Below, piece after piece: positions 55,974-57,709 of a stretch of DNA of 57,709 nt (the first letter of the stretch is position 1; each line of letters opens with the position of its first letter). Made by a program: the position numbers and the translations under genes. Origin of the DNA: a virus (taxonomy: Duplodnaviria; Caudoviricetes); the IMG/VR virus record IMGVR_UViG_3300020169_001518, positions 1-57,709 of that record; one strand, 5' to 3'. The notes beneath the pieces were generated by a model that saw only the letters and a list, made by a program, of their open reading frames with translations, ran no database searches and was not told where the DNA came from.

Positions 55974-57689
55974 CTAACCATCACAAGAAAGACAATCTGC
56001 CATACGACTCCCTAAATCTCCTTTAATTACTGAATCTGTTCTTAAATAGTATAGCGTTTTAACGCCTAATTTCCACGCTTCCATATGGACTTGGTTAATC
56101 CATTTGGGAGAATCGTTAGGATCAAAAGAAAGATTAAGTGATTGTGTTTGATCTATATATTTTTGACGTTCTGCTGCTTGTTTTATTAATTCTAATTGAT
56201 TTGTTTCAGAAAATGTTAAAAATACATCTTTTTCTTCTGTAGATAGCACATTATCTGGTAAATTTAATACAGATCCACCTTCTTGTAACATCTGATCCCA
56301 CCATTTATTTTTATTTTCACCTTTAGATTTAAGTAATGCTTCTAATACTTTATTTTTTCTAATAAAAGTACCTTTAGCTCCATTAAATGTATAAACATTT
56401 GCAGGTAAAGGTTCAATTCCCGCACTAATACCACCACAAATAACAGAATTTGATACTGTTGGTGCAACTGCTAATAAATGTGTATTTCTCATACCAGTTC
56501 CTCTACACCATAATGGTTCTCCATATTCTGCCGCTAAATCCATAGATGCAGCTTCAGATTCACTTCTAATTTTATTAAAAATATTTCTAGTATGTACAGT
56601 AGATGCTACTGAATTAAATGGTAGATTTTTCTGTTGTAAAAAAGTATGCCACCCCATTACACCTAAACCTAATGCTCTACCCTTAGATGCATGTTTATGT
56701 GTTCTTTTTAAACTTTCTTTACCATTTGATTTATCAATAAATTCTTGCATTACTCCATCTAAAAACCAAATTGCTGTTTTAATACAATCTGTATCTTTAT
56801 ATTCTTCCCATTTAGCTAAGTTAAGAGAGGATAAACAACAAATAAAACTGTGTTCTTCATCTGTAAATAATGTAATTTCAGAACAAATATTAGTCATAGT
56901 AACGTCTAAATTATTCATTCTGTAGGCAATAGGATTGTTTTTATTAACATTATCCTTATACATTATATAAGGTTCACCTGTTTCCATTCTTGATTTTAAA
57001 ACTGTAGCCCATTTATTCATTGATTCAGCATCCCTAGCTTCTAATTTTCTCATAAATGAATCACCTACAACAACACATTGGTGTAAATTTAAACACTGTC
57101 TATTTGGATCGCCCTTCGGTCTACGAATTTGTAAAAATTCCTCAATATCCCCATGTTCAATATCTAAATTAACTGATGCTGCACCTCTTCTAACATTACC
57201 TTGATTAGTAGCAATAATTGATGAATCATATATTTTTGCCCATGGAACTACACCTTCACTTTTACCATTTCCTGCAATTCCTTCACCCCGTTGTCTAATA
57301 CGAGATAACGAAATACCTACACCTCCACCGGATGCTGTTAATTTCATTAGTTCCGCGTTAGTTAAACCAATTCCACGTATTGAATCAGGTGTATCTATAC
57401 CAAAACATGAAATTGGTAATCCTCTATCAGTACCCATATTTGATATAACTGGAGATGCTAATCCTATCCAACCATTCCAAATATATTTGAAAAATTTGTT
57501 AGCTAATTCTGGTTTTTTAAGTCTATTAGCTGATGCACTTGCTACTCTTTTATAAGCTGTTCTTACAGTTTCACCAGGTAATAAATAACCTTTAGAAATT
57601 GTTGCTAAAGAGATTTCATCCATCCACTCAGGATACTGTTTTCCAGCTTCCCATTGACTATAATCTACTTGTAATGCGTTATTTTCCAT
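55974..57689 (-). CDS. nrdA: ribonucleoside-diphosphate reductase class Ia alpha subunit (no ATP cone)
   Basis: PISCF, GGGVG, RRGA, TNICSEI, APT, IDQ.QSLN, KTLYY.R, C-terminal CLSC. Confidence 0.96.
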   Translation of the reverse strand: MENNALQVDYSQWEAGKQYPEWMDEISLATISKGYLLPGETVRTAYKRVASASANRLKKPELANKFFKYIWNGWIGLASPVISNMGTDRGLPISCFGIDTPDSIRGIGLTNAELMKLTASGGGVGISLSRIRQRGEGIAGNGKSEGVVPWAKIYDSSIIATNQGNVRRGAASVNLDIEHGDIEEFLQIRRPKGDPNRQCLNLHQCVVVGDSFMRKLEARDAESMNKWATVLKSRMETGEPYIMYKDNVNKNNPIAYRMNNLDVTMTNICSEITLFTDEEHSFICCLSSLNLAKWEEYKDTDCIKTAIWFLDGVMQEFIDKSNGKESLKRTHKHASKGRALGLGVMGWHTFLQQKNLPFNSVASTVHTRNIFNKIRSESEAASMDLAAEYGEPLWCRGTGMRNTHLLAVAPTVSNSVICGGISAGIEPLPANVYTFNGAKGTFIRKNKVLEALLKSKGENKNKWWDQMLQEGGSVLNLPDNVLSTEEKDVFLTFSETNQLELIKQAAERQKYIDQTQSLNLSFDPNDSPKWINQVHMEAWKLGVKTLYYLRTDSVIKGDLGSRMADCLSCDG

Positions 57690-57709
57690 ATTTTAAAATA
57701 ATGATCCAG

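Noticed and set aside
1-57709. Eukaryotic giant virus (NCLDV) or bacterial chromosome origin
   Set aside because: Overlapping operonic genes, bacterial-type promoters and terminators, T4-like clamp/loader/PolB and GroES argue for a phage; no ribosomal or other cellular housekeeping context is present
57693-57709. 3' end of an upstream gene (...GSLF-stop), possibly nrdB
   Set aside because: Only a few codons are inside the window, so it cannot be identified

Overview
This is an AT-rich, densely packed fragment of a large dsDNA bacteriophage, with essentially all real genes on the minus strand. It is most likely a T4-like or jumbo phage of a Bacteroidota (Flavobacteria-type) host, judged from about 17 copies of a TTTG-N20-TAnATT promoter resembling the Bacteroidota -33/-7 consensus. 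Main contents: (i) a replication module with a family-B DNA polymerase split into two genes, a sliding clamp, two clamp-loader subunits, DNA ligase, a PD-(D/E)XK nuclease and NrdA; (ii) a 7-deazaguanine DNA-modification cluster (folE, queD, queE, queC, TGT/DpdA-like) running directly into a purine phosphoribosyltransferase, a MazG-like pyrophosphatase and the polymerase; (iii) about 20 sugar-nucleotide, glycosyltransferase, sulfo- and methyltransferase genes plus 8 2OG-Fe(II) oxygenases, including a GT25 (COLGALT-like) + PLOD-type lysyl hydroxylase fusion; (iv) GroEL/GroES, Hsp20 and an Hc1-like protein; (v) an envelope/membrane protein cluster and one tRNA-Gln(UUG). All family assignments come from motif recognition by eye; no database searches were run. 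Where I moved a start codon relative to the ORF track, the evidence field says so.
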